Positions 27,754 through 36,650 of a stretch of DNA of 64,000 bases are shown in pieces. The stretch is from an uncultured SAR86 cluster bacterium (lineage in GTDB: Bacteria; Pseudomonadota; Gammaproteobacteria; Magnimaribacterales; D2472). A program made the position numbers and the translations under genes. The DNA lies in assembly GCA_902518715.1 (NCBI GenBank), contig CABYHU010000002.1:37356-101355 (forward strand), given 5' to 3'. How positions within the stretch are numbered: position 1 is the stretch's first letter; every line of letters begins with the position of its first letter. Under the pieces are notes generated by a model, which was not told the DNA's origin, did no database searches, and saw only the letters and a program-made list of their open reading frames with translations.

Positions 27754-28102
27754 AAAAAAGCTTGATCAAGATTTCATAAATCTTATTGATGATTTATTCC
27801 TGAAACTTGAAATGTCCTATCATTATCAGTTCTATAAAGTCTTTGGTGATGATGAGAGGCTGAAAGAAGGCAAAAAGCTCTGGGCTATGAGTCTAAAAAG
27901 ATTTGAAAATCATCATATCAAGGACGCAATACTTAAAGTTGTGGCCAAGAATGACTTTTTACCAACATTATCTGACTTCATAAAATGTTGTGAAGAAGCA
28001 AAGCTATCAGATTTTCAGGAACCAAATGATGACTTAAATGAGGGTTTTGATAGATTTGATCTCGATACACTTGAAAAACTAAGAAAAAAACACCAAATCT
28101 AG
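27680..28102 (+). CDS. Phage lambda P-like (replicative helicase loader N-terminal domain-like) protein
   Basis: The frame is open from TTG 27659 and the first ATG is at 27680. LIDDLFLKL..KKLWAMSLKRF..AKNDFLPTLSDFIKCCEE parallels lambda P as I recall it (IINGVFSQL..RRQWVLAFREN..RQNRPFLPSPGQFVAWCREE). The N-terminus is basic and Lys-rich. Confidence 0.5.
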   Translation: MSQENSPKHSKKEKVTSLGQKKSSKKKLDQDFINLIDDLFLKLEMSYHYQFYKVFGDDERLKEGKKLWAMSLKRFENHHIKDAILKVVAKNDFLPTLSDFIKCCEEAKLSDFQEPNDDLNEGFDRFDLDTLEKLRKKHQI

Positions 28103-28128
28103 ATCACAAGGTGTGAAGAAGTAAATTT

Positions 28129-29004
28129 ATGAATCAAAACGTTAGAATCTCCCTATACATAATCATCCCAATCATCTTCTGGATGCTTTCGGGAATATTT
28201 GTAGAAGAAAAAGGGCCAACTCTTGTAGAAGATAATAATGCTGCTTCTATAGAAATAAGATCAAGCACTCCCACCATGTTTAGTCCATCAATTAAACTTA
28301 AAGCTACAAGTAACTCCGAAAGAAGAGTTGCTGTAAAAGCAAAAACAACTGGAGAGGTTGTAGAGATTGGAGCAAAGGAAGGAGATTTTGTAAAAAAGGA
28401 TTCTCTTCTTTGTAAACTGGGCATTGTTGAACTTAATAGAACTGAAGTTAAATCCCCTTTTAGTGGCTATATCGAATCTATAGTAAAGCCTGGAAATTTC
28501 CTTGATAGAGGTCAAGTTTGTGCAACCATCATTGATTTAGATCCAATTAAATTTATTGCTGAAATCCCAGAAATAAGGATCGCCGATGTAAAAGTTGGCC
28601 AAAAAGTCTTAATTGAATTAATTACTGGAGAAAAAATTGAGGGGAAGCTCTCGTTTGTATCTAAAAGTGCTTCCCCGCAAACAAAAACATTTAGGGTTGA
28701 GAGCGAGATTAGTAATCCTTTGGGGGGAATAAAAGATGGAGTTACCTCTACAATTACTATACAAACTGATGCAATTTTGTCTCATAAGATTTCACCATCA
28801 ATTCTTGATCTTGATGATTCAGGAAATATCGGAGTAAAAGTTCTAGATTCTGAAAATATTATTAGGTTTGTTCCAATATATATTGTTGAAGATCTTGAAG
28901 AAGGATTATGGATTTCTGGTATTCCTGGAACAGTTGATTTGGTTGTTAAAGGACATGGATTTGTTGAAGACGGCCAAATGATATCAGATAGCAAATCAAA
29001 TTAG
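28129..29004 (+). CDS. RND efflux periplasmic adaptor (membrane fusion protein), short form
   Basis: It has an N-terminal TM anchor (ISLYIIIPIIFWMLSGIF) and a lipoyl-like hairpin (TGEVVEIGAKEGDFVKKDSLLCKL .. VKSPFSGYI). It sits 1 nt upstream of the RND pump gene. It is 291 aa. Confidence 0.75.
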   Translation: MNQNVRISLYIIIPIIFWMLSGIFVEEKGPTLVEDNNAASIEIRSSTPTMFSPSIKLKATSNSERRVAVKAKTTGEVVEIGAKEGDFVKKDSLLCKLGIVELNRTEVKSPFSGYIESIVKPGNFLDRGQVCATIIDLDPIKFIAEIPEIRIADVKVGQKVLIELITGEKIEGKLSFVSKSASPQTKTFRVESEISNPLGGIKDGVTSTITIQTDAILSHKISPSILDLDDSGNIGVKVLDSENIIRFVPIYIVEDLEEGLWISGIPGTVDLVVKGHGFVEDGQMISDSKSN

Positions 29005-29005
29005 T

Positions 29006-32000
29006 ATGACCAGTATTATAGATTTTGCTCTTTCAAAAGCTAAAACCACTATCGTAATTGCGGTTCTTGTCCTTTTGGCTGGATCATATGCTAGACAAGA
29101 AATACAAGTTTCATCAAGCCCAAATATTCAGCTTCCATTTATAAGTGTCTCAGTTTTTCTTGAGGGAGCTTCGCCAGAAGATGGCTCACGCTTGATTGCT
29201 AGACCGCTTGAGAATAATTTACGAAGTGTTCAAGGTGTTAAAAATATAAGCTCATATAGCACTCTTGGTATAACCAGAATGATAGTTGAATTTGAAATTC
29301 AACAGGATATGAATGAGGCCATAATTGATATTCAACAGGCGATAGAAGAAGTTAAATCAGAACTTCCATTAGGCGCTGAGGATCCTCAAATACAAGAATA
29401 TTCAGAAAGAAGTTTTCCGGCAATGACAATCAGTCTCCAAGGAGATGGCTCTCTCAGACAAAAAATCTACTTCGCTGAAGAAATGAAAGATATGCTTGAA
29501 TCTATTGATGGTATTTATGAAGCAAATCTTGTTGCAGCACCAGATGAAGTTTTAGAAGGAGTTATTGATAAATCCAAGATGGAAGCCTATGGGGTGACTC
29601 TTGATGATCTTTACAATTCTATAAGTAACAATAATATTGTTATCCCGGGGGGGAGACAGGACACAGGTCTAGGAAGTTTTAATGTTGAAGTGCCAAGTGT
29701 TCTGGAAACACCAAGAGATGTTTATAGCATTCCGGTTAAGGTTACAAAAGATGCTGTTGTAACCTTTGGAGATATTGCTACTGTAAGAAGAACATTTAAA
29801 GATTTCAATGAGTATGCTCGAATCAATGGAAAAGACACTGTTGCCTTAGACATATTTCTAAGAGATGGAGCAAATGCTCTTGATACAAAAAGTTCTATTA
29901 CTAGCGTGCTAGAAGATCTTAAAAAAAGTCTTCCACCAAACTTGGATATTCTCATTACAGATGATGAAACTGTTATTACTGAGCAAATGGTTTCAGAGCT
30001 TGAAGGAAATATTTTGGGTGCAATCATTTTAATTATGGTTGTGGTTGTAGCTTCAATGGGGTTAAGAGTTGGACTACTGGTTGGTCTATCTATTCCATTT
30101 TGCTTTTTATTCACCTTTATAGTCCTAGTTAGTATGGGCTATGAATTAAATTTCTTGGTGATGTTTGGTTTGTTGCTTTCAATGGGAATGCTTATTGACG
30201 GCTCAATAGTGGTTACAGAATATGCTGATAGAAAAATTAGTGAGGGCCTCTCAAGATTTGAAGCCTACAGACTGGGTGCAAAAAGAATGTTTTATCCAAT
30301 TCTTGCCTCAACTGGAACAACTTTAGCAGCATTTATTCCATTAATTTTCTGGCCTGGATATACAGGACAATTTATGAAATATCTCCCAATGACAGTTTTC
30401 TTTGTGCTTTGCGCTTCTTTTTTCTATGCAATGATAATTACTCCAGTTATTGGAACATATTTCGGTCAGCATAAATCAGTATTAAGCTCAAAAGATTCAG
30501 TAGATAAAACTGGCCAAATTGTTTTTGATACGATCTCAGAGTTCTATTCAAAAAAAATAAAGTTCTTTATTAAAAATCCAGTAGAGACCATGGTTGCGTG
30601 TATTTCAGTCATTGCGCTAATTGTAACAACGTATAACTTTTATGGAAAAGGAACTGAATACTTTGCAACAATAGATCCACTTGAGGCAAAAATATCTATC
30701 CGAGGAAGAGGTAATTTTTCTGCTCTTGAGAAAAAAGAAATTATTGAATCCATTGAAGAAAGATTATTAGAAATTGATGAATTAAAGAGTATTTATTTAA
30801 AAGCTGGTGCCGATTGGTTTGACTCTGGAAGCGATAAAATTGGAAGTGGTTTTGTTGAAGTAGTTCCACCATCAGAAAGGGAAATTAGTGGGCTTGAATC
30901 AATCGGTCTAATTACCAAAGTAACGCAAGATATTCCTGGTGTTGTTGTTGAGGCTGAACCTGATATGGGAGGCCCTCAATTTGGCGCTCCTATAATGCTA
31001 GGTATTTATGGAGATACTGAAGAAAGTGTTACTTATGCTGCTAAAGAAATTGAGAATCATATGCGCTCTGAAGTAAATGGCATAACAAATATTTTTTCAT
31101 CTAGGGCTTATCCAGCTGTAGAGTGGAGTGTTGAAGTTGATAATCAAAAAGCTGCTCAGCTGGGAGTAAGTGTTTTTAATGTAGGTGCGCTTGTACAGAT
31201 GCTTACTTCAGGATTTAAGGTTGGGGAATTCACTCCAGATGACTCAAAAGATGCAATTGAAATTAGAGCAAGATTCCAGCCTCAGGATAGAACAATAACT
31301 GGAATAAATAATCTTAAGGTGCAAACACCAAATGGATTGGTTCCCGTAAGTAGCTTTATCTCTCTGAAGCCTCAGCAATATAAAGAGAATGTTTCTCGAA
31401 GAAATGGATATTTTTATCATGAAATTTATGCCTCCAATGCTCCAGGAGTTCTAGTTAATGACAAAGTGGAAGAACTTCATAGTTGGCTTTCTGTCCAGGA
31501 TTTTGGTGGCGATATAAAATATGGCTTCCAGGGTCAAGCTGAAGAAACTGAAGAAGTTAATGAATTTTTGGGAGTTGCTGGAGGTACAGCAATTTTTGTA
31601 ATGCTATTAATGTTACTTACTCAATTTAATAGCTTCTATCAATCTCTATTAATCTTGTCAGCTGTTGTTATGTCTTTTGTTGGAGTTCTTTTAGGACTTC
31701 TAATTACTAATAAGCCTTTCAGCTCAACGATGACTGGAATTTCAATAGTTACTCTTGCAGGTATTGTTGTTAATAACAATATTGTTTTAATTGATACATT
31801 CAACAGACTTAAAAGTGATATGCCCCATGAAGAAATTACTAAGATTATTAAAATAGCATGTATGCAAAGATTGAGACCTATCCTTCTAACCACAACCACA
31901 ACAATACTTGGACTTCTTCCTCTAGCTCTTGGTTTAAGTGTGGATATTATTGGAAGAGATATTTCAGTTGGAAGTAGAGTTGTCGACTGGTGGTCGAATC

Positions 32001-32137
32001 TTGCTCAATCAATTGTTTTTGGTCTGAGTTTTAGTACTTTGCTTACTTTAGTATTTACTCCTGCAGCATTATCAATACCTCCAAAGGTAAAAAGATTTTT
32101 AGAAAAAAGGGGGCAGCTCCAAATTAACCCACAATAA
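29006..32137 (+). CDS. RND family efflux permease (AcrB/ACR_tran family)
   Basis: 1043 aa. It has two large periplasmic loops and two clusters of TM helices. AcrB-like segments include FGLLLSMGMLIDGSIVVTE and GIVVNNNIVLID. No outer-membrane factor gene is adjacent. Confidence 0.88.
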   Translation: MTSIIDFALSKAKTTIVIAVLVLLAGSYARQEIQVSSSPNIQLPFISVSVFLEGASPEDGSRLIARPLENNLRSVQGVKNISSYSTLGITRMIVEFEIQQDMNEAIIDIQQAIEEVKSELPLGAEDPQIQEYSERSFPAMTISLQGDGSLRQKIYFAEEMKDMLESIDGIYEANLVAAPDEVLEGVIDKSKMEAYGVTLDDLYNSISNNNIVIPGGRQDTGLGSFNVEVPSVLETPRDVYSIPVKVTKDAVVTFGDIATVRRTFKDFNEYARINGKDTVALDIFLRDGANALDTKSSITSVLEDLKKSLPPNLDILITDDETVITEQMVSELEGNILGAIILIMVVVVASMGLRVGLLVGLSIPFCFLFTFIVLVSMGYELNFLVMFGLLLSMGMLIDGSIVVTEYADRKISEGLSRFEAYRLGAKRMFYPILASTGTTLAAFIPLIFWPGYTGQFMKYLPMTVFFVLCASFFYAMIITPVIGTYFGQHKSVLSSKDSVDKTGQIVFDTISEFYSKKIKFFIKNPVETMVACISVIALIVTTYNFYGKGTEYFATIDPLEAKISIRGRGNFSALEKKEIIESIEERLLEIDELKSIYLKAGADWFDSGSDKIGSGFVEVVPPSEREISGLESIGLITKVTQDIPGVVVEAEPDMGGPQFGAPIMLGIYGDTEESVTYAAKEIENHMRSEVNGITNIFSSRAYPAVEWSVEVDNQKAAQLGVSVFNVGALVQMLTSGFKVGEFTPDDSKDAIEIRARFQPQDRTITGINNLKVQTPNGLVPVSSFISLKPQQYKENVSRRNGYFYHEIYASNAPGVLVNDKVEELHSWLSVQDFGGDIKYGFQGQAEETEEVNEFLGVAGGTAIFVMLLMLLTQFNSFYQSLLILSAVVMSFVGVLLGLLITNKPFSSTMTGISIVTLAGIVVNNNIVLIDTFNRLKSDMPHEEITKIIKIACMQRLRPILLTTTTTILGLLPLALGLSVDIIGRDISVGSRVVDWWSNLAQSIVFGLSFSTLLTLVFTPAALSIPPKVKRFLEKRGQLQINPQ

Positions 32138-32159
32138 TAATTTTTAGTTACAATATGGT

Positions 32160-32375
32160 ATGAGTAATTCAAAGAATAACTTCGAGTCCTCGCTAAAGAA
32201 GCTTGAAAAGATTGTTGCTAAGCTTGAGGAAGGTAACATTGACCTCGATGATTCAATAAAATCCTTTGAAGAAGGAGTCATGCTTGTTAAGGAGTGTCAA
32301 AAGCAATTATCTGAAGCAGAGTTAAAAGTTGAGAAGCTCTTAGATAGCGGTGATTCTGAACTTTTAGAAGATTAA
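32160..32375 (+). CDS. xseB: Exodeoxyribonuclease VII small subunit
   Basis: 71 aa with FESSLKKLEKIVAKLEEGNIDLDDSIKSFEEGV. It is part of the classic xseB-ispA-dxs operon. Confidence 0.88.
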   Translation: MSNSKNNFESSLKKLEKIVAKLEEGNIDLDDSIKSFEEGVMLVKECQKQLSEAELKVEKLLDSGDSELLED

Positions 32376-32383
32376 TTTAAATT

Positions 32384-33259
32384 ATGTTTCCTGAAATCCT
32401 TACAGAGGCTAGGTCACTAGTCTTAAAAAGAATAAACAGCCTTATAAACGCTGAATCAAAAGTTTCGAATTCAATGTTATATACTTCAACAGCTGAAAGT
32501 AAAATGATTAGATCTGCCCTTTTAATCACAGCAAGTAAAAAAAATACCTGCCTAACTGAATCATCTGCTATCAATCTAGCTACAAGTATTGAATTACTTC
32601 ATAGCTACTCATTAATTCATGATGATTTACCATCAATGGATAACGACAACATGAGAAGGGGTAAAGATTCTAATCATATCAAGTATGGCGAAGCTATAGC
32701 CATATTGTCAGGAGATGCATTGCAAACATTGGCTTTTGAAGTAATAACAAATGATGATGACCTTGATAGCGATTTAAAAGTCTCTGCTATTTCTCTTTTA
32801 ACAGATGCATGTGGCTATAAGGGAATGGTGCTTGGTCAAGAACTCGATATAACTGCTGAATCAAAGCAAGCAGATGAAGAATTTATTAAGAAAATGCATT
32901 ATTTAAAAACAGGAAAGTTAATAGAGACATCATTAGTTTTAGGTTTTCTTGGATATGAAAGATTCTCTGAATACAAAGACCTAATTTATAAACTTGGAAA
33001 ATCTATTGGGGTTGGATTTCAAACAGTTGATGATTATTTAGATGAATTCGGTAGTCAAAAGGAAATTGGAAAGCCAACGGGGTCGGATTTAAAGAATAAA
33101 AAAATTAATATTCTTAGCATCCTCAATAAAGAAGAATGTTTAAAAGTAATTAGTGAAAATCATGTTGAGTCACTTGAGATTGCTGAGAAAATCTTTGATA
33201 AAGAAAATGATGAAGATATTTTTAAAATAATAGATTATATTTACCAGCGGAAAATGTAA
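32384..33259 (+). CDS. ispA: (2E,6E)-farnesyl diphosphate synthase
   Basis: The first Asp-rich motif is LIHDDLPSMDNDNMRRG and the second is FQTVDDYLD. It is 291 aa. Confidence 0.9.
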   Translation: MFPEILTEARSLVLKRINSLINAESKVSNSMLYTSTAESKMIRSALLITASKKNTCLTESSAINLATSIELLHSYSLIHDDLPSMDNDNMRRGKDSNHIKYGEAIAILSGDALQTLAFEVITNDDDLDSDLKVSAISLLTDACGYKGMVLGQELDITAESKQADEEFIKKMHYLKTGKLIETSLVLGFLGYERFSEYKDLIYKLGKSIGVGFQTVDDYLDEFGSQKEIGKPTGSDLKNKKINILSILNKEECLKVISENHVESLEIAEKIFDKENDEDIFKIIDYIYQRKM

Positions 33260-35136
33260 TGAAAATATTTAGTGAAATCCCTAGTGAAGTTCCTTCAACT
33301 AAGCTACTTGATAAAATCAATTATCCTAAAGATCTAAAAGAGCTTTCGCCTCCTGATCTAAAGATTTTAGCTGATGAATTGAGAGAATTTTTGCTCTACT
33401 CAGTTGGTAAAAGTGGCGGGCATCTTGGAGCAGGTCTTGGTGTTGTTGAGTTAACAATTGTTTTACATTACCTTTATGATTCTCCATCAGACAATATTGT
33501 CTGGGATGTTGGTCACCAAGCTTATCCCCATAAGATATTGACTGGTCGTAAGAATCAAATAGGCTCAATAAGATCTAAAGATGGCCTAGCTCCCTTTCCA
33601 TCAAGAATTGAAAGTGATTATGATGTTTTTGGTACTGGACATTCCAGTACGTCTGTAAGTTCAGCAGTTGGTATGGCTATTGCTAACAAATTAAATGAGG
33701 GAGAGAAAAAAACAGTAGCTGTTATTGGAGACGGTGCAATGACTGCAGGAATGGCTTTCGAAGCAATGCAACATGCTGGAGGCATAAAGCCAGATATGCT
33801 GATAATTCTAAATGATAATGACATGTCAATCTCTGAGAATGTTGGAGGCTTAAATAATTACTTCTCAAGAATATGGGCTTCCAAACTTTATAAAGGGATT
33901 AAAAGTAATGGTAAAAAATTTTTAAAGAACATCCCTGCTGCTCATCATCTAGCCCGCACCGTCGAAACTCATATGAAAACAATGGTAGCGCCAGGAGCTA
34001 TTTTTGAGGAGCTTGGACTAAATTATATTGGGCCAATTGATGGGCATGATATTGATCAACTTTTGAAAGTAATTGAAAATCTAAAGAATTTTGATGGACC
34101 ACAGTTCCTTCACATAATTACAAAAAAAGGTGCTGGATATGATTTAGCTGAAGAGGACAGAATTAAATATCATGCAATATCTAAAACTAATACTTCAAAA
34201 AATATAGGAAAAACTAAACCAAAATATCAAGATATATTTAGCAACTGGGTAGTAGACATGGCTAGAGAAGACATTGATCTTGTTGCAATAACGCCAGCTA
34301 TGAGAGAAGGATCAGGATTAGTTGATTTTAGTAAAGAGTTTCCAGAGAGATATTTTGATGTTGCAATAGCTGAACAGCATGCTGTTACTTTATCTGCTGG
34401 ATTAGCCTGTGAAAAAAAGAAGCCTGTGGTAGCAATTTATTCTACATTCCTTCAAAGAGCCTATGATCAACTTATTCATGATGTAGCACTTCAAAACTTA
34501 GACGTCACTTTTGCTATTGATAGAGCTGGACTAGTTGGTGAGGATGGGCCTACTCATTCGGGAAACTATGATCTGGTTTACCTAAGGTGCATTCCTAATA
34601 TGATCGTGATGACTCCATCAGATGAAAATGAAACTAGAAAGCTTTTGACAACTGGCTTTTTGCATAATGGCCCTGCATCAATAAGATATCCAAGAGGATC
34701 TGGTCCTAATGTTATTGTTGAGAATGATCTTTCACCAGTTGAAATAGGTAAAGGAAGATTGATTGAAGAAGGATCAAAAGATTTAATTGTCATCAATTTT
34801 GGAGCTTTACTCGATCAAGCAAGAGAAGTTGCAAGTACTCTAGGTCTTACTCTTATAGATATGCGTTTTGTGAAACCTCTTGATGAAGATATTCTTAGAA
34901 AATATTTATCTAAAGCGCAAGCATTTGTTTCAATTGAGGATGGATCAGTAGCTGGTGGTGCAGGAAGTGCGGTTCAAGAGTTTTGTTCAGACAATAACAT
35001 CAATATTAAGTCTAAACTTCTCGGCATACCTGATATATTCATTGAGCATCAATCCAGAGAAGAAATGATTGAAGAATGCGGCTTAAAAGCTTCTAGAATA
35101 ATAAAAGAGATAGAGGAATTAAAATTAGTAGAGTAA
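33259..35136 (+). CDS. dxs: 1-deoxy-D-xylulose-5-phosphate synthase
   Basis: 625 aa. It has GHLGAGLGVVELT, GHQAYPHKILTGR, GHSSTS and the TPP motif IGDGAMTAGMAFEA. Confidence 0.96.
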   Translation: MKIFSEIPSEVPSTKLLDKINYPKDLKELSPPDLKILADELREFLLYSVGKSGGHLGAGLGVVELTIVLHYLYDSPSDNIVWDVGHQAYPHKILTGRKNQIGSIRSKDGLAPFPSRIESDYDVFGTGHSSTSVSSAVGMAIANKLNEGEKKTVAVIGDGAMTAGMAFEAMQHAGGIKPDMLIILNDNDMSISENVGGLNNYFSRIWASKLYKGIKSNGKKFLKNIPAAHHLARTVETHMKTMVAPGAIFEELGLNYIGPIDGHDIDQLLKVIENLKNFDGPQFLHIITKKGAGYDLAEEDRIKYHAISKTNTSKNIGKTKPKYQDIFSNWVVDMAREDIDLVAITPAMREGSGLVDFSKEFPERYFDVAIAEQHAVTLSAGLACEKKKPVVAIYSTFLQRAYDQLIHDVALQNLDVTFAIDRAGLVGEDGPTHSGNYDLVYLRCIPNMIVMTPSDENETRKLLTTGFLHNGPASIRYPRGSGPNVIVENDLSPVEIGKGRLIEEGSKDLIVINFGALLDQAREVASTLGLTLIDMRFVKPLDEDILRKYLSKAQAFVSIEDGSVAGGAGSAVQEFCSDNNINIKSKLLGIPDIFIEHQSREEMIEECGLKASRIIKEIEELKLVE

Positions 35137-35596
35137 TTATTCCTGCAACCACATCATCTATCACTATCCCAAAACCATTCTTAAATCTTTGATCAAAATA
35201 ATTTATTGGGAATGGCTTCAAAATATCAAAGAATCTAAATAGAAGTAAAGCCAGAATTGCGATTATCGTTCTTTCGGACTGTGTGTCAGCAAAATAGATA
35301 GCAGGCATCAGTGCAATCCACATTCCTACAAGCTCATCAATAACTATTGACTTATCATCTTTTACTTCAAGATCTTTTGAAATGTATTCACAAACCCAAA
35401 TAGCTAATAAGAGTACTAAAGAGGTCAACAAGATCATATTTATGTAGTGAGATAAAAAAATAAATAAGAACCATGCAAAAATGGAGCCAAATGTTCCAGG
35501 TGCAAATTTTATTAATCCAACTCCACCCAATGAAGCAATGAAAAAAAATGGATTTTTTAATGTTTTTTTATTATTCATTATTAACAATTCTAACAA
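35093..35596 (-). CDS. pgpA: Phosphatidylglycerophosphatase A
   Basis: PgpA family segments are present: GTFGSIFAW, VIDELVGMW, DILKPFPI and DDVVAGI. The start is probably Met at 35578. The 3' end overlaps the dxs 3' end by 44 nt. Confidence 0.85.
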   Translation of the reverse strand: MLELLIMNNKKTLKNPFFFIASLGGVGLIKFAPGTFGSIFAWFLFIFLSHYINMILLTSLVLLLAIWVCEYISKDLEVKDDKSIVIDELVGMWIALMPAIYFADTQSERTIIAILALLLFRFFDILKPFPINYFDQRFKNGFGIVIDDVVAGIITLLILIPLSLLLF

Positions 35597-36650
35597 TATT
35601 TCTTGCTATTGAAGGTGCTGTAGTCCACTTCCCTCCAAAAAGACTCAATAAATTCTTATCTTTTTGTATATAAAAATCTCTTGATGACGAATGAAAATCT
35701 TTAGCTTTTGACTTAATAAGTGGTCTAACTCCTGCATAACTTTCAATTATTTCATCTTTGTTAATTGGTCTATGAATATAAATATTAATACTTTCTAGAA
35801 GGTAATTAACTTCTGAATCTAATATCTCTTTATCTTCAGGTGTACTAACTCTTTGTTCAGTTGTTCCAAGAAGTAGATTTCCTTCGTATGGAAGAGCAAA
35901 TATATATCTCTGCTTTTTCTGATCCCTGAACATAAAACCATTTTTTATTTTCCTATTAATTACCAGATGACTACCTTTTATGTAATCAATGGTTTTGTTT
36001 GTATGAATTTTATTTTGCTTGAGAAATGAAGAGACCCAAGGCCCTGTTGCAATGATTATTTTTTTATATTGTTTTTCTTCAATATATCCTTCCGATCTTA
36101 TACTCTTGATTTCATTATTCTCGAAGAAATTTACTCCATTACTTTTACATCTTTTTATAATTTCTTGGCCCACACTTTCCTGCATCAACCCATCATAGAA
36201 AGATATACCCGCTTTAATATTATTTTTTATACCAAAAGATAAGAGATCATCTTTTTTATAAAATCTCCCAGTTTTAATATTTGATCGACCAGCAAATGTC
36301 TCATAGACTTTTATGCCAACAAAAAACTTAAGAATTTCAGGAGATAATCTTTTTTTTGAGAGAATTATAATTTCCTGAAGTTTTGTTTGATTAGGAAAAT
36401 TCTCAAGCCACCATTTTCTATCATTAATTCCATTTTTTACCTCATAAAATTGCAAATTTTCTAAGTATCTTATTCCGCCGTGAATTAGCTTAGTTGTCTT
36501 TGAGCTTGTCTCACTCAAGAGTGTCTTCTTTTCATACAGATCAACTTCGTATCCCTCAAGAGATAAAAAATATGCGGAGATTAGTCCTGTAATTCCACCA
36601 CCAACAATACCAACTTTATTATTCAAATGGATCCCATCCATTTTTTTCAA
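35571..36650 (-). CDS. FAD-dependent oxidoreductase, GlpD-like N-terminal region (DAO family), short
   Basis: It has the dinucleotide motif VGIVGGGITGL and SSKTTKLIHGGIRYLE, which resembles GlpD (SSRSSKLIHGGLRYLE). At 359 aa it lacks the GlpD C-terminal domain. A ThiO-like DAO enzyme cannot be excluded. Confidence 0.6.
   Translation of the reverse strand: MKKMDGIHLNNKVGIVGGGITGLISAYFLSLEGYEVDLYEKKTLLSETSSKTTKLIHGGIRYLENLQFYEVKNGINDRKWWLENFPNQTKLQEIIILSKKRLSPEILKFFVGIKVYETFAGRSNIKTGRFYKKDDLLSFGIKNNIKAGISFYDGLMQESVGQEIIKRCKSNGVNFFENNEIKSIRSEGYIEEKQYKKIIIATGPWVSSFLKQNKIHTNKTIDYIKGSHLVINRKIKNGFMFRDQKKQRYIFALPYEGNLLLGTTEQRVSTPEDKEILDSEVNYLLESINIYIHRPINKDEIIESYAGVRPLIKSKAKDFHSSSRDFYIQKDKNLLSLFGGKWTTAPSIARNIVRIVNNE

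Noticed and set aside
26989-28102. Interpretation of the DnaT-like/lambda-P-like pair as part of a prophage or other mobile element.
   Set aside because: The window has no integrase, excisionase, repressor, structural or lysis genes, and no transposase or flanking direct repeats. Both flanks are conserved housekeeping operons. I treat it as a chromosomal, possibly domesticated, module instead.
29647-29653. G7 homopolymer inside the RND pump gene (ATC CCG GGG GGG AGA). There is also a G6 run in the adaptor gene (28722-28727) and a G6 run on the plus strand within miaA (48391-48396). These are conspicuous in an AT-rich genome and could in principle be slipped-strand phase-variation sites.
   Set aside because: They simply encode Gly-Gly or Pro-Pro. 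They are at or below the length usually needed for efficient slippage. They are scattered through housekeeping genes and are not concentrated in contingency-type loci. The window shows no evidence of variation.
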